Positions 9,716 through 20,029 of a stretch of DNA of 64,000 nucleotides are shown one piece after another. Positions within the stretch are counted from its first letter, which is position 1; each line of letters opens with the position of its first letter. Below the pieces are notes generated by a model. The model worked only from the letters and a program-made list of their open reading frames with translations, was not told the origin of the DNA and made no database searches. Source of the stretch: an uncultured Nitrososphaerota archaeon (GTDB lineage Archaea > Thermoproteota > EX4484-205 > JAAOZO01); contig CAYOYV010000003.1 of assembly GCA_964408285.1 (NCBI GenBank), forward strand, positions 125,067 to 189,066, given 5' to 3'. A program made the position numbers and the translations under genes.

Positions 9716-10774
9716 TCAAACACTGCTTAGGGCCTGCTTTATCTCATCCCTAAACTGTGGATGGGGAATCGGGTAGACGAAGAAACAGATCCCCTGTGCT
9801 CCCATTGTCATTGCCAGCTGCGTCGCTTTGCCAATGTCCTCGCTCTTTCTGAGAAAACCCAGCAATATTCCAGCCATGATCATCTTGCCCGTCGAGACGC
9901 CTTCCGCAACGGCTTCTCCAATCCATTCAACCGGCTTTCCATAATACTCATGATATATCATTGGCTCCAGATGATCAATCGGCCATGAGCCCCAGCGTTG
10001 GAAGACGTATCTGTATGCAAGACCTGGCGTTGCGAAGACCGCAGCTGAGGTTTCGATTTCACTATCGAATGCCTTGACGGACTTGTGGAATCTAGATACG
10101 AAGGCAGTGATTCTGTCAGCCCTCCATGAAACCCATGTGTACCATGGCCTGGTTCCGAATTCAATATCAATTGGATCTATTCCATGGTCTTCCTTGAACC
10201 GATTTCTGCACGTATCGCAATAGCAGAAATCGAATTGGCTTTGATAGACCTCCTTCTCCCTCTCTAGGCCATAGTTCTGCCTCAGTCCTTCTGGAAGGAA
10301 AATATCAGGTAGCCTTATGTAGTCCAAATGGACGCCATCCAAATCGAAGAACTGCAGCAATTCCTGGATCCCGCCAAGCATGAATTGCGTCGGACCTTGT
10401 TGACTTGGACATAACCATAGATAATCTGGAACGTATGCAGGTTTGTCAATGCAGCTTTCCTTGTTCCTGTTCAAGATGTACCACTCCCTGTGAGAAGACA
10501 CCAACTCATTGCTGGGCCGATTGAATGCGACTACCCAACCATGAACCTTCATGCCATGTTTCTTGGCCTCCTTGACGACAGGTCCTAGGAGATCCCTTTT
10601 CCTCGCCTTCTCAGCTGATATGAAGATCCTGCTCGGATAAAGCGCCCCTTGGCCAACTATGGATAGGAGAAAGAGCTCGTCTGCCCCCAAGTATCTCAAT
10701 TCCTGCATGTGCTTTTCCGGACTATCCAAAATCGCCTCTGTGTTGACCCAGAAGGATCTCACATACCTTGCCAT
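9716..10774 (-). CDS. Glycoside hydrolase-like 10 (YddW/DUF187-type) TIM-barrel protein
   Basis: RDLLGPVVKEAKKHGMKVHGW, DGVHLDYIRLP, FCYCDTC and QRWGSW..PMIY motifs. Confidence 0.8.
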   Translation of the reverse strand: MARYVRSFWVNTEAILDSPEKHMQELRYLGADELFLLSIVGQGALYPSRIFISAEKARKRDLLGPVVKEAKKHGMKVHGWVVAFNRPSNELVSSHREWYILNRNKESCIDKPAYVPDYLWLCPSQQGPTQFMLGGIQELLQFFDLDGVHLDYIRLPDIFLPEGLRQNYGLEREKEVYQSQFDFCYCDTCRNRFKEDHGIDPIDIEFGTRPWYTWVSWRADRITAFVSRFHKSVKAFDSEIETSAAVFATPGLAYRYVFQRWGSWPIDHLEPMIYHEYYGKPVEWIGEAVAEGVSTGKMIMAGILLGFLRKSEDIGKATQLAMTMGAQGICFFVYPIPHPQFRDEIKQALSSV

Positions 10775-10947
10775 GCGTTACATACCACTGCCTTGCTCTA
10801 TATTCCTTTGTCGGACTTCCCGTTGAATCGATTTTTCCTTGGATTGTGCCTCCTCTGCCCGTACCTGCGTTGACCGTATCGTCCCCGTTTCCTCCAGGCC
10901 AGGAATCGGGCGATTCTTTCTGTCCGTCTCGTTCTAATCAAGCCTAG

Positions 10948-11394
10948 CTAGGATATCGGTCTTATCATGAAGAAAGCATCTGTTCCGTCGGGATAGTAGC
11001 TGGGCAGAATTCCTGCAATCCTGAATCCTCGATTCCTGTAGAAGGAGACTGCCTCTTCATTTCTGACTGAAACCTGCAGTTGAGCTCCTTTGGCTTTTCC
11101 TCTCACCATCTCCAAAGCGGAATCCAGCAATAACGATCCTAATCCCTTTCTTCTGTAGCCTTGCCGAACAGCTATCGATACTATTACAGCGACTGCCCCT
11201 GGTTTGACGTCTACTATGATGTAACCCGCGAGCTGATGATCAATGCGCCCGACCAATACGCATGACTCCTTTCGATCTAGATAATTACGAAAAGTGGCCA
11301 TGGAGTAGGGATGCACGAACGATTGCATCTCGATATCCATGATCTCTGTGAGATCATCGGCATCTCCGAATTCAATCCTCGGTGTTGGAATCAC
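10948..11394 (-). CDS. rimI: RimI/Ard1-like GNAT N-acetyltransferase
   Basis: SIAV..YRRKGLG, LQVSVRNEEAVSFY..GF and YYPDGTDA motifs. Confidence 0.88.
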   Translation of the reverse strand: MIPTPRIEFGDADDLTEIMDIEMQSFVHPYSMATFRNYLDRKESCVLVGRIDHQLAGYIIVDVKPGAVAVIVSIAVRQGYRRKGLGSLLLDSALEMVRGKAKGAQLQVSVRNEEAVSFYRNRGFRIAGILPSYYPDGTDAFFMIRPIS

Positions 11395-11591
11395 CCGAAA
11401 TCCGATACCATTAGGGCTGATGCCCTTTATCCTTTAAGCTTTGCTTCGAAAACAAGAGGTCTTCCTCAGACTGTGTCGGAGGAACCAAGGTAAATGACAT
11501 GGTCAGAACGAATCTTCGTTTCCAGAGGTAGGATCGCGAGCAAGAAGCAATATGGCTTTTCGGTGAAAAGCATAATTGTACGCTGAATCTC

Positions 11592-12254
11592 ATGAGGCGG
11601 AGTCTGTTGAAACGGCCTCCTGGAGTGAAGGTGATATCACTGGATCTGATCGGCACGATTCTCAAGCGTGATTTTATCGATGACTTCTGGGAAGAGGCAA
11701 TCCCCGGCGCGGTTGCAATCCAAAGACGATGGCCATTCAGAAGGGCAAAGAGATGGGTTCTGGGGGAGTACAGAACGATCAGCACGAGCGACATCAGGTG
11801 GCACTTGCCCTCTTATTGGATATCCCGCTTCAATCTACGCGGGGGTCACGCCAGACTACTTGGACATTCGGTCGGCCTCATCAGAGAGTACGACGACGCC
11901 CAGACCGTCTTACGGCGAATGTCAAAGGACTATCAGCTGATCATTTCGACGAACGTTTCAAGGGATTTTCTGATCCCGGCCTTGCTGAAACTCAAGGTGC
12001 AATTTCAGGCAGCATATTCTTCAGTATCAGATTACTCTCTTCCTCTTAAGCCTCCTGAATTCTACTCCTCCATAGCAAGAGATCTGAACGCTGATCCTAA
12101 GACCATATTGCATATTGGGGATGATCCCGTGCAGGATTATCTGAATCCAAAAAGAGCAGGGTTGAATGCAATACTTCTAGATAGGAGCGGAAGATGCAAG
12201 AGATTCCGCCCCATTCGAAGTCTAGTGTCGATAGACTCTCGCTTGTATCTCTAA
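11592..12254 (+). CDS. HAD-IA hydrolase
   Basis: SLDLIGT (variant motif I), STN, KPP and HIGDD..D motifs. Confidence 0.8.
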   Translation: MRRSLLKRPPGVKVISLDLIGTILKRDFIDDFWEEAIPGAVAIQRRWPFRRAKRWVLGEYRTISTSDIRWHLPSYWISRFNLRGGHARLLGHSVGLIREYDDAQTVLRRMSKDYQLIISTNVSRDFLIPALLKLKVQFQAAYSSVSDYSLPLKPPEFYSSIARDLNADPKTILHIGDDPVQDYLNPKRAGLNAILLDRSGRCKRFRPIRSLVSIDSRLYL

Positions 12255-12311
12255 ACGAAATTAAACGCAGTAGCGGACATTGTTCTCTGAGCCCTACGAT
12301 CAGGTCAAGTC

Positions 12312-14555
12312 TCACAATTCGCCTTCAATCTCGCTGACCCTTCTGGCCCTCTTCTGTCTAGCGGATTGCCTCTTCCATAGATTGGCGAAAAGATAGACGA
12401 ATACGATGATCAGCATGCCAGTGATGAAGAGCATTGTCCCCTGGGGTCCTACTTCAGTCGGAGGTTGGGAAGGCCCACCAGGGCCTATCACAACGGGGCT
12501 TACCTTTGCGGCCAGATCTGGCTGCAGAAGTGTCACAGTTGAGACTTCTGTTTGATTGCCCAGACTGTCTCTATAGAATATTAGTGCTTCGAATCCCTTT
12601 CTTATCACGAGTTGCGCGTGGGTTGTCCCGCCCCAAGTGAATGTCACGTTGTTCTTGCTCAGTGGGGAGAAAATAGGTATACATACCGAACCTCCGATCG
12701 TCCATGCCCCGAGACTCACAATGTTCTTGACAATTGATTTATCCAGAGACGTGAAGTTCCAGAATTCAAACGCGGAACTGGAATTCAGGACCACATACTT
12801 GACGAACGAGGGTCTGTCGCCGGTTGTAGGCAATAGTTCAGCAAGTCCGGTGGAATTCCAAGCAATGAGCCTCAAAACCCGTTCATTCACTGCAATGGCC
12901 TCTGGAGATAGATATCGAAGCTTCTCCGTCTCCGCCTGCATCGTGATCGCGTCGAAGCGGAGTTCTGCTGCGGCCAGCCTCAGATCTGCAGCCTTCTTAC
13001 TTATCTCCAGCGTGAAATCAACACTATTGTTGACGCTTGCGAAAAGCATTGATGACATATTTGAGAGCACATTGGAGCTATTCCTGTCAAATACCCCGAT
13101 GCTTTTCAATCCCTCGCCAGCCTTGCTCAGGGCAGCAGACATTGCGACCACCCCTTTCTGCATCTCAGCTAGGGAATCAGAATAGGATTGAAGTGTCTTC
13201 TGAACGTCTGTGGCATTCAACTGAGCTAGAATCCCGTCTATTGTGTCCAGTGATTCAATCATTTCTCCTACTCGCTGATTTCTCTCAGAATTCTGATCAT
13301 AGATCCTACCTACGATGGCTATGCTGGTGAGTATTTGCGTCCTTTGCTGGGGATCTGTCGACGAATTCAGCAAGGCCGTCAAGGTTGAGTTCAATTCAAG
13401 GAGAAGCTCCATTTCCTCCGATTGAGAGTCCAAGATGAATTGGAGCTCGACCTTCTGGAGATATATGGAGTCACGAACGAGTCTTATTGTGGCATTGATC
13501 CTTTCCGTGGATGCCTCCTTCATAAGTGAATCCAATGAGAACCTAAGCTGATCCAGAGTTGTTGCAGTATTATTCACTTGCCTGCTTATCATTATGAGTG
13601 ACTTCCCTATTTCGTCTGTAGCTCGCCCTGTTGCATTCATCGCTGAGCTCAGGACCTTCAGATATTCAGCGAGTCCTGCAATAATTGCGGCCGAGGAATT
13701 GACTGATCGCCAAATGCCTTCTAGGAAATCCGCTGTCGCGTTCAGACTGAGAGCTCTTGCCTTCATGGAACTTGCGAATGGCCCGTATAGGTCAGAAACA
13801 TAAGAGATCACGATGGGCGATAGGGTAGCTATGCCCCATTCCGACAACTTCGAGACTCTTACCTTCAATCGCATTTCAACGGAATCCTTGACCAGAATCG
13901 TCCATTGATGTTCTCCGGAGCTTCTTGTCGAGTTTGGTTTTGGGATTGTGTCCATCACTTCGAAATACCTAGTATCTATTGCGACCATTACCATGAGGGG
14001 GATGGGGATCCTCCATGAACCATTTGACTTCCCCCAATTGGAGTTCAATATCTTGACCGTCCAATCCAACTGGTCGCCTCGCTTAATCGTTATGAATCTG
14101 TAGGCCCCTATATTCGTCACATTCGGCGCCAATCCATTAACAAGCAGATTCTGGACTGCAACGAAAGGCAGCTGGGTAGGTCTGGCCGTAATCTCATAGG
14201 TGGACTTGCCTGGCGCACAATTGAGCAACAAAGTCCATTCGGATACCTTTCCTAGGTCTGTGGAGCTGAGGACTTTCACACTTGGTGACGATATCCTTAC
14301 GGAATCAAACCCAATGTCATGGAACGTTAACTTAATGACATGTGAGGTGGAATTCATGCCTGGATTTTCTGCCGTAAGGGAATACGAGAACGACTCTGCT
14401 TGCTGTCCTGAAATCGGATCTAGCTGAAGCGAGTATATGCTCTCGCCCTTCAGACTGATCATGCTTTGGTCAGATTCACATGATCCTCGGCCGAAAACCG
14501 ATGAGATTAGGAGCACAGCAACGAGGAATATCGCGTTTCGCTCCGTTCCTCTCAT
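12312..14555 (-). CDS. Large membrane-anchored extracellular protein with a central coiled coil
   Basis: N-terminal signal peptide, beta-rich ends, a long heptad region, and a C-terminal TM helix with a basic tail; overlaps the ABC ATPase stop (ATGA). Confidence 0.8.
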   Translation of the reverse strand: MRGTERNAIFLVAVLLISSVFGRGSCESDQSMISLKGESIYSLQLDPISGQQAESFSYSLTAENPGMNSTSHVIKLTFHDIGFDSVRISSPSVKVLSSTDLGKVSEWTLLLNCAPGKSTYEITARPTQLPFVAVQNLLVNGLAPNVTNIGAYRFITIKRGDQLDWTVKILNSNWGKSNGSWRIPIPLMVMVAIDTRYFEVMDTIPKPNSTRSSGEHQWTILVKDSVEMRLKVRVSKLSEWGIATLSPIVISYVSDLYGPFASSMKARALSLNATADFLEGIWRSVNSSAAIIAGLAEYLKVLSSAMNATGRATDEIGKSLIMISRQVNNTATTLDQLRFSLDSLMKEASTERINATIRLVRDSIYLQKVELQFILDSQSEEMELLLELNSTLTALLNSSTDPQQRTQILTSIAIVGRIYDQNSERNQRVGEMIESLDTIDGILAQLNATDVQKTLQSYSDSLAEMQKGVVAMSAALSKAGEGLKSIGVFDRNSSNVLSNMSSMLFASVNNSVDFTLEISKKAADLRLAAAELRFDAITMQAETEKLRYLSPEAIAVNERVLRLIAWNSTGLAELLPTTGDRPSFVKYVVLNSSSAFEFWNFTSLDKSIVKNIVSLGAWTIGGSVCIPIFSPLSKNNVTFTWGGTTHAQLVIRKGFEALIFYRDSLGNQTEVSTVTLLQPDLAAKVSPVVIGPGGPSQPPTEVGPQGTMLFITGMLIIVFVYLFANLWKRQSARQKRARRVSEIEGEL

Positions 14556-15451
14556 CTAGTAGACCTCCGTATTGAATCCAGTTCGTGGAGCCTATTTCTC
14601 AACTCGATCTCATCTATCTGCCCATCTATGAATCTTCTTTTGGTCACTCTCTCCTCCAATTCAAACAAAGATGAGAAGAAATCTATCCTCTCCCTCATCT
14701 CTTGGATTGGTGGGTGGGCGACCCTAGCAGCGAGGAACGATTGAGGAGGTTTCTCATGCAATTGCCCCCCCTTCATGAATCTGATACTGGGTGCGATCGA
14801 GGCGACTTCTGGATTATGAGTGACTATGATGAATGTCAACCTGAGTGAAGAATTCAGAAACCTCATCATTGAAATCAGTCTAGCGGACGATTCCAGATCG
14901 AGGTTGCCTGTCGGTTCATCGGCCAATATGAAGGACGGGTTGTTGGCGAGGGCTCTAGCTATTGCAATCATCTGTTGTTGACCTCCGCTGAGCTGTCTGG
15001 GAGTGTTCCTAAACCTCTCCTGTGGCAAGCCCACTATCCTTAGAAGAAGATCTGCCCTTTGCTTCGATTCTGTAGTGTCGTATTTCCTCGACAGCAACAT
15101 GGGCAGGGTGACATTCTCGATTGCAGTGAGATGAGTTGCTAGATTGAAGAACTGAAAAACGAAGCCAATCTTGTCTCTCCTGAATCTAGATAGTCTGGTT
15201 TCGTCGAAATTCGTGATGTCTGTGCCGTCAATGTATACGCTTCCGCTTGTTGGTTTGTCCAAGGTTCCCAAGATGTGCAATAGCGTTGACTTGCCTGATC
15301 CGGATGGTCCCATCAACGAAATGAGTTCACCGCGGTTGGCCTCGAAATCCACGCCCTTTAGCGCTTCGATCTTGAAGCCGCCGAGCTCGTATGTCTTCGT
15401 GACCTCGACACATCGAATGGCCTTCCGTTCATTCATATCTAAGCGACTCAA
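14552..15451 (-). CDS. LolD/MacB-type ABC transporter ATP-binding protein
   Basis: GPSGSGKST, IGFVFQFFNL, LSGGQQQ, ILADEPTGNLD and VTH motifs; about 60-aa C-terminal extension. Confidence 0.93.
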   Translation of the reverse strand: MSRLDMNERKAIRCVEVTKTYELGGFKIEALKGVDFEANRGELISLMGPSGSGKSTLLHILGTLDKPTSGSVYIDGTDITNFDETRLSRFRRDKIGFVFQFFNLATHLTAIENVTLPMLLSRKYDTTESKQRADLLLRIVGLPQERFRNTPRQLSGGQQQMIAIARALANNPSFILADEPTGNLDLESSARLISMMRFLNSSLRLTFIIVTHNPEVASIAPSIRFMKGGQLHEKPPQSFLAARVAHPPIQEMRERIDFFSSLFELEERVTKRRFIDGQIDEIELRNRLHELDSIRRSTR

Positions 15452-16589
15452 TCGGTCTCACCTTGGTTGCGTTCCAAGATGGGATTATGCTGGCCACGAT
15501 GCTCAGAATCAATGCAACGCTGAATCCTCTGAAATATGCTCCCAAGTCAAAAATAAATGGAAACTGGAGCCCGATTGAGATGAAATTCGGAAGGAACGTC
15601 TTCAGAAGCAGATAGGTCAGAGCATAACCGGCCGCGCCTCCGATCATGCCGCCTATTGCACCTAGAATGATGCCTTGAAGCATGAATATGTACAGCACAT
15701 GCCAGTTGTCGGCCCCAATCGACTTCAGCACTCCTATCTCTCTTCTCTTTTCCGCCACACTCATCGCGATGGAATTCATTATGCTCAGGCCTGACACTGC
15801 GAGGCTGACAAGGCTAACGGAGAACATGAGCGCGTCCAGGGTATCGATTATGTTGCCCAGATTCCTCAGAAGATCTCTTTCCGTTAACACCTTTGTCCTA
15901 GGAAAGGTGGCCTTGATCTCTCTTATGACTTGATCCGCTACCGCGACATCAGAGACTCTGACTATGAAGTAGGTCGCATATCCTCTGACGTTCAGCATGC
16001 GCTGTGCGTTACTTATTCCAGTCACTATGACGGATCCGGTACCGGCTGCCAGTCCTTGGAAGAACCCTCCTATTTCCGTGGTACCAACGAGCTGCATATT
16101 CAATCCAGCCGACATGTATTGAGTGATGACTTTCAGAGAGCCGTTTATTTTGAGGCGGAGGCTTGAGGCGCCAAAATCCGTCGTAATGAATTCAGCAACG
16201 TCATCAGAACTGGGAAGGCGCCCTTGAGGATAAGGAACGAACGAGAGAATCTCACTGACAGGTACTCCTAGGAGTATTCCCGGCTCTCTCATCGCTATAC
16301 ATCCACCTATCACCACAGGAACAACGGATCTAACGCCAGCAATCTGCTGCATTGTATCTGCGATATAGATAGGAATAGGCGCAAGGTCGGTATCACTGAC
16401 CAATATAGCAGAGCTTAGCAGAGATTCTATGTCTTCCTTGATGCGTGTCTTCATCGACAAGGTCAGACTCGTGAGCGAAACCATGAAAGCAATGCCGATA
16501 ATGATGCCCAATATTGTCAACACTGTTCTTGTCGGCCTAGCAGTCAGGTCCCTAATGGAATATCTGGTAAGGTGGCCGACTACACTCAT
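15429..16589 (-). CDS. FtsX/MacB-family ABC permease
   Basis: RTVLTILGIIIGIA, SVAEKRREIGVLKSIGA and PIESLRYE motifs; 4-TM layout. Confidence 0.92.
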   Translation of the reverse strand: MSVVGHLTRYSIRDLTARPTRTVLTILGIIIGIAFMVSLTSLTLSMKTRIKEDIESLLSSAILVSDTDLAPIPIYIADTMQQIAGVRSVVPVVIGGCIAMREPGILLGVPVSEILSFVPYPQGRLPSSDDVAEFITTDFGASSLRLKINGSLKVITQYMSAGLNMQLVGTTEIGGFFQGLAAGTGSVIVTGISNAQRMLNVRGYATYFIVRVSDVAVADQVIREIKATFPRTKVLTERDLLRNLGNIIDTLDALMFSVSLVSLAVSGLSIMNSIAMSVAEKRREIGVLKSIGADNWHVLYIFMLQGIILGAIGGMIGGAAGYALTYLLLKTFLPNFISIGLQFPFIFDLGAYFRGFSVALILSIVASIIPSWNATKVRPIESLRYE

Positions 16590-16724
16590 CTGTGGCCCAG
16601 GAGGGACTTCAATGGGCCTCTCCTATTTAGGACTTTAAGACAGAGTCCGAAAGTCAGATGGCAAGGTCATGAGTCCTGCCTTATCAGCCGCTAGCCCCCT
16701 GACTCTCCTCCCGATTCCGCCCAA

Positions 16725-17822
16725 TCATGATATGATCCTGCCAATCTCGATCGCAGCTTTCTGAAGGAGAACTGCTGTACTGGCCATGGACTCCTCTAGA
16801 CTGATTGGTCCCTGGGCTATACTGAAGAATGCATCGAACGGAGGTCTCAGCATCTCATATCCGTTTCCCAATTCTCCCGCAAGCCCTATCACCCTTCTTC
16901 CTCCGATTCCTTTGAAGGCCTTCGCTACGACGAGAGGAGCTTTGCCGAACGATGTCTGCCCGTCAAGTCTTCCCTCACCTGTCACCAGTCCATCTGCCCT
17001 TGAAGCCTTCTCATCGAATCTCGCCAATTCAAGTACTATCTCTGCCCCCAATCTGACTTGTCCTCCAATCGCAATGGCCGCCGCTCCCATTCCCCCTGCT
17101 GCCCCGGATCCCTGCCTATCTCCTATCGCCTCGGCCGTTTTCTGCTCGAGCAGGTTGCGCCATCTGGACATGGCTGGCTCAAACTGAATCGCTAGATCCG
17201 ATGTTACACCCTTCTGTGGGCCATAGACCATCGTTGCGCCTTTTGGTCCGGTCAGAGGATTTAACACATCAGCTGCAATAACCAAGCTTCTGCCCTCCAG
17301 CTTCTCGAGTGGCACGGAGATATCGATGTCCTCGATCTGCAGTAGGCCTCTACCTCCTCTCTCAGTCGTTCCCTTGGCCTTCGCTCCGAGACCGATCAAG
17401 AGCCCAAGCCCGCCATCGTTCGTGGCACTACCTCCTATTCCCAGGATTATTCTGCTCGCCCCTTTTTCGATGGCATCTGACATTAGCTCGCCTGTACCAA
17501 ATGAGCTCGCTTTCAGAGGGTCAAGTCTTTCACCTCTTAGCAGAGCCAAACCACTTGCCTTTGCGCTTTCCATTATGGCGGTGTCGCCCATTCTCAAGTA
17601 GTTTGCCTCTACGATCCTCCCAAAAGGATCGTGAACATGAACCGCCACAAGATCCCCCATCATGAGGTATCTGAAGACCTCCAGAGTCCCGTCCCCTCCA
17701 TCTGCGAGAGGGAAAACCAACGTTTCGACTTGGGAGTCCTGAAGTCCCTTCGCCACACATTCGCTCGCTCCTATGGATCCCAATGCGCCCTTGAATGCGT
17801 TCATAGCTGAAACGACTAACAT
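16725..17822 (-). CDS. glxK: Glycerate kinase, class I (GlxK/GarK type)
   Basis: AFKGAL, PLADGGDGT, GIGGSATNDGG, YGPQKG, GAAGG and TGEGRLDGQT..GK motifs. Confidence 0.92.
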   Translation of the reverse strand: MLVVSAMNAFKGALGSIGASECVAKGLQDSQVETLVFPLADGGDGTLEVFRYLMMGDLVAVHVHDPFGRIVEANYLRMGDTAIMESAKASGLALLRGERLDPLKASSFGTGELMSDAIEKGASRIILGIGGSATNDGGLGLLIGLGAKAKGTTERGGRGLLQIEDIDISVPLEKLEGRSLVIAADVLNPLTGPKGATMVYGPQKGVTSDLAIQFEPAMSRWRNLLEQKTAEAIGDRQGSGAAGGMGAAAIAIGGQVRLGAEIVLELARFDEKASRADGLVTGEGRLDGQTSFGKAPLVVAKAFKGIGGRRVIGLAGELGNGYEMLRPPFDAFFSIAQGPISLEESMASTAVLLQKAAIEIGRIIS

Positions 17823-17922
17823 GGCCTACACCATTCCTGCGTGGGATGTATGTAATAAATTGGTGTGCCCTCTACCTCCAAAGCCCTCACCACTTGCGTA
17901 ATGAGGCCTATGGGAAGTCAAG

Positions 17923-17928
17923 TTTAAA
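17923..17928. promoter_or_regulatory. Putative TATA box between glxK and gyaR
   Basis: Palindromic TTTAAA 25-30 nt upstream of the gyaR ATG at 17953. Confidence 0.45.
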
Positions 17929-17952
17929 CCCCGTCAAGCGATTCGTGGGAGC

Positions 17953-18963
17953 ATGGGAAAGCCTAGGATATTAGTCACTCATCCTCTCGTCTTTTTGACC
18001 GATGAAGATCTCACACGGAGATTTGACATCAGGCAGCTCGATTCAGAGCTCCCCATTGGAGGCGAGCAACTCAAACATGAGCTCGCTGGCAAGGACGGTG
18101 CAGTCTGTTTCCTGATCGATAGATTCAGTGCTGATGTCCTACAGGCCACGAATGATCTCAAGGTGATAAGTAGCGTAAGCGCCGGCCTCGATCATATTGA
18201 TCTCGCAGAAGCGACTGCCAGGGGCATATATGTCACCAACACCCCAACTGCGCTCACCAACTCCGTGGCTGAATTCGCAATTGCGATCATGCTAGCCCTT
18301 TCCCGAAGAATCACTGAAGCTGATGCCATCGTAAGAAGCGGACAATGGAAGGGAGGGTGGGGCCTTACCTATATGTTGGGCTCTGAATTGAAGGGGAAAT
18401 CGGTTGGCATAATAGGACTAGGCCGGATCGGGACAGCAGTTGCAAAGAAGCTTGGAGCCTTCGATGTGTCTCTGAGCTACTGCAGCAGGACTAGGAAGAT
18501 CGAGGCCGAGCAATCACTCGGGATACGCTACCTTTCCCTAGACGATTTGCTCAGCATATCGGACTATGTCATAATCTGCGTGTCACTAAGTGACCAGACC
18601 CGAGGAATGATCGGCGAAAGAGAGCTCCTTCTAATGAGAGAGTCTGCCTATCTAGTGAACGTTTCGAGAGGGCAGGTGATTGATGAAGCGTCATTGGTCA
18701 AGGTACTTCGCGAGAAGAAGATTGCGGGAGCGGCTTTGGACGTGTTCGAGAAGGAACCGATCGGAAACGATCATCCGCTCGCGCAGCTGAAGAACGTATT
18801 CCTAAGTCCCCACATTGGAAGTGCCACGAAAGAGGCAAGAAGGGCGATGGTCCTTGATGCCATTGAGAATTTGACGGCTATCTTCGAGGGAATCGAAGCA
18901 CCCAATATCGCGAATCCAGAAGTCATGAAAAGGAGACCGCTGAAAGTTGTGAAGATGCTTTAG
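17953..18963 (+). CDS. gyaR: Glyoxylate/hydroxypyruvate reductase (D-2-hydroxyacid dehydrogenase)
   Basis: VTNTP, GIIGLGRIG, VNVSRG, LDVFEKEP and PHIGSAT motifs. Confidence 0.88.
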   Translation: MGKPRILVTHPLVFLTDEDLTRRFDIRQLDSELPIGGEQLKHELAGKDGAVCFLIDRFSADVLQATNDLKVISSVSAGLDHIDLAEATARGIYVTNTPTALTNSVAEFAIAIMLALSRRITEADAIVRSGQWKGGWGLTYMLGSELKGKSVGIIGLGRIGTAVAKKLGAFDVSLSYCSRTRKIEAEQSLGIRYLSLDDLLSISDYVIICVSLSDQTRGMIGERELLLMRESAYLVNVSRGQVIDEASLVKVLREKKIAGAALDVFEKEPIGNDHPLAQLKNVFLSPHIGSATKEARRAMVLDAIENLTAIFEGIEAPNIANPEVMKRRPLKVVKML

Positions 18964-19069
18964 ATCGGTACCACATGCCCATTTGGAAAATGCGAACTAG
19001 TACATCACTCGGACTGTCAAGACTTCATCAATATCGAAGCGACATTCAACGGAGGCTACGGCATTTGGT

Positions 19070-20002
19070 CTAATGGATTATGCTGACAAGTATTGCTTTC
19101 TGGGCATGAAGTCTATTCTCTGCCTGGTCATACACCACGGATTGCGGCCCATCGATGACCTCTGAAGACACTTCCTCTCCTCTATGAGCAGGGAGGCAGT
19201 GCATGAATATGGAGTTGGGCTTGGCCTCTGACATGATCGCGGAATTCACCTGAAAAGGGCCAAACGCCTTCCTCCTTTTGTTTATCTCTTTTTCTTCGCC
19301 CATGGAAACCCAAACATCGGTGTAGACGACATCAGCATCTCTTGTGGCCTTAGCGGGATCATTCGTGATGACCAGCTCCGAACCCGAGTGCCTACAGAGA
19401 TCAGTTGCACTCCTCAAAACCTGAGCCTTGGGTTCATATCCTCCCGGCGTGGCAATGGAGAAATCGGCCCCCAGCATGCACGAGGCCAGCATGAGGGAGT
19501 TCGCAACATTATTGGCATCACCCACGAAGGCCAATTTGAGTCCCTTGATTTTTCCTCTCTTCTCCAAGATCGTCAGAAAATCCGAGATGGCTTGGCAAGG
19601 ATGTTCAACGTCTGAGAGCCCATTTATGACGGGGAAGTCTGAGCTGGCCGCAAGTTCCTCAATATCAGAGTGTCTCTGCGTCCTTGCTACCAAACCGTCC
19701 AGATATCTGGAAAGAACTCTCGCCGTGTCTTGAAGCGTCTCGCCCCTTGACAACTGAAGCTCAGATGACGCAAGGTATATGGCGTGGCCTCCCAGCTGAT
19801 GCATCGCAACCTCGAACGATACACGTGTCCTCGTAGAAGGTCTGGTGAACAGCATCCCAAGGATCTTCCCTGAGAGATAATGGAATGAATCCGACTGAGG
19901 GATTCGGGCCTTTAGCCTCTCCGCAAGGTGCAGAAGAGCAAGGAATTCGTCAGGCTCTAGATCAGCAATCGATAGAAGGTCTTTCTTTCGAAGTCTCATC
20001 AT
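19070..20002 (-). CDS. argF: Ornithine carbamoyltransferase
   Basis: STRTR, HPCQ, DVWVSMG, MHCLP and QAENRLH motifs. Confidence 0.96.
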   Translation of the reverse strand: MMRLRKKDLLSIADLEPDEFLALLHLAERLKARIPQSDSFHYLSGKILGMLFTRPSTRTRVSFEVAMHQLGGHAIYLASSELQLSRGETLQDTARVLSRYLDGLVARTQRHSDIEELAASSDFPVINGLSDVEHPCQAISDFLTILEKRGKIKGLKLAFVGDANNVANSLMLASCMLGADFSIATPGGYEPKAQVLRSATDLCRHSGSELVITNDPAKATRDADVVYTDVWVSMGEEKEINKRRKAFGPFQVNSAIMSEAKPNSIFMHCLPAHRGEEVSSEVIDGPQSVVYDQAENRLHAQKAILVSIIH

Positions 20003-20029
20003 GATGCCCTCTGCTGCTATGAAAGAGTA

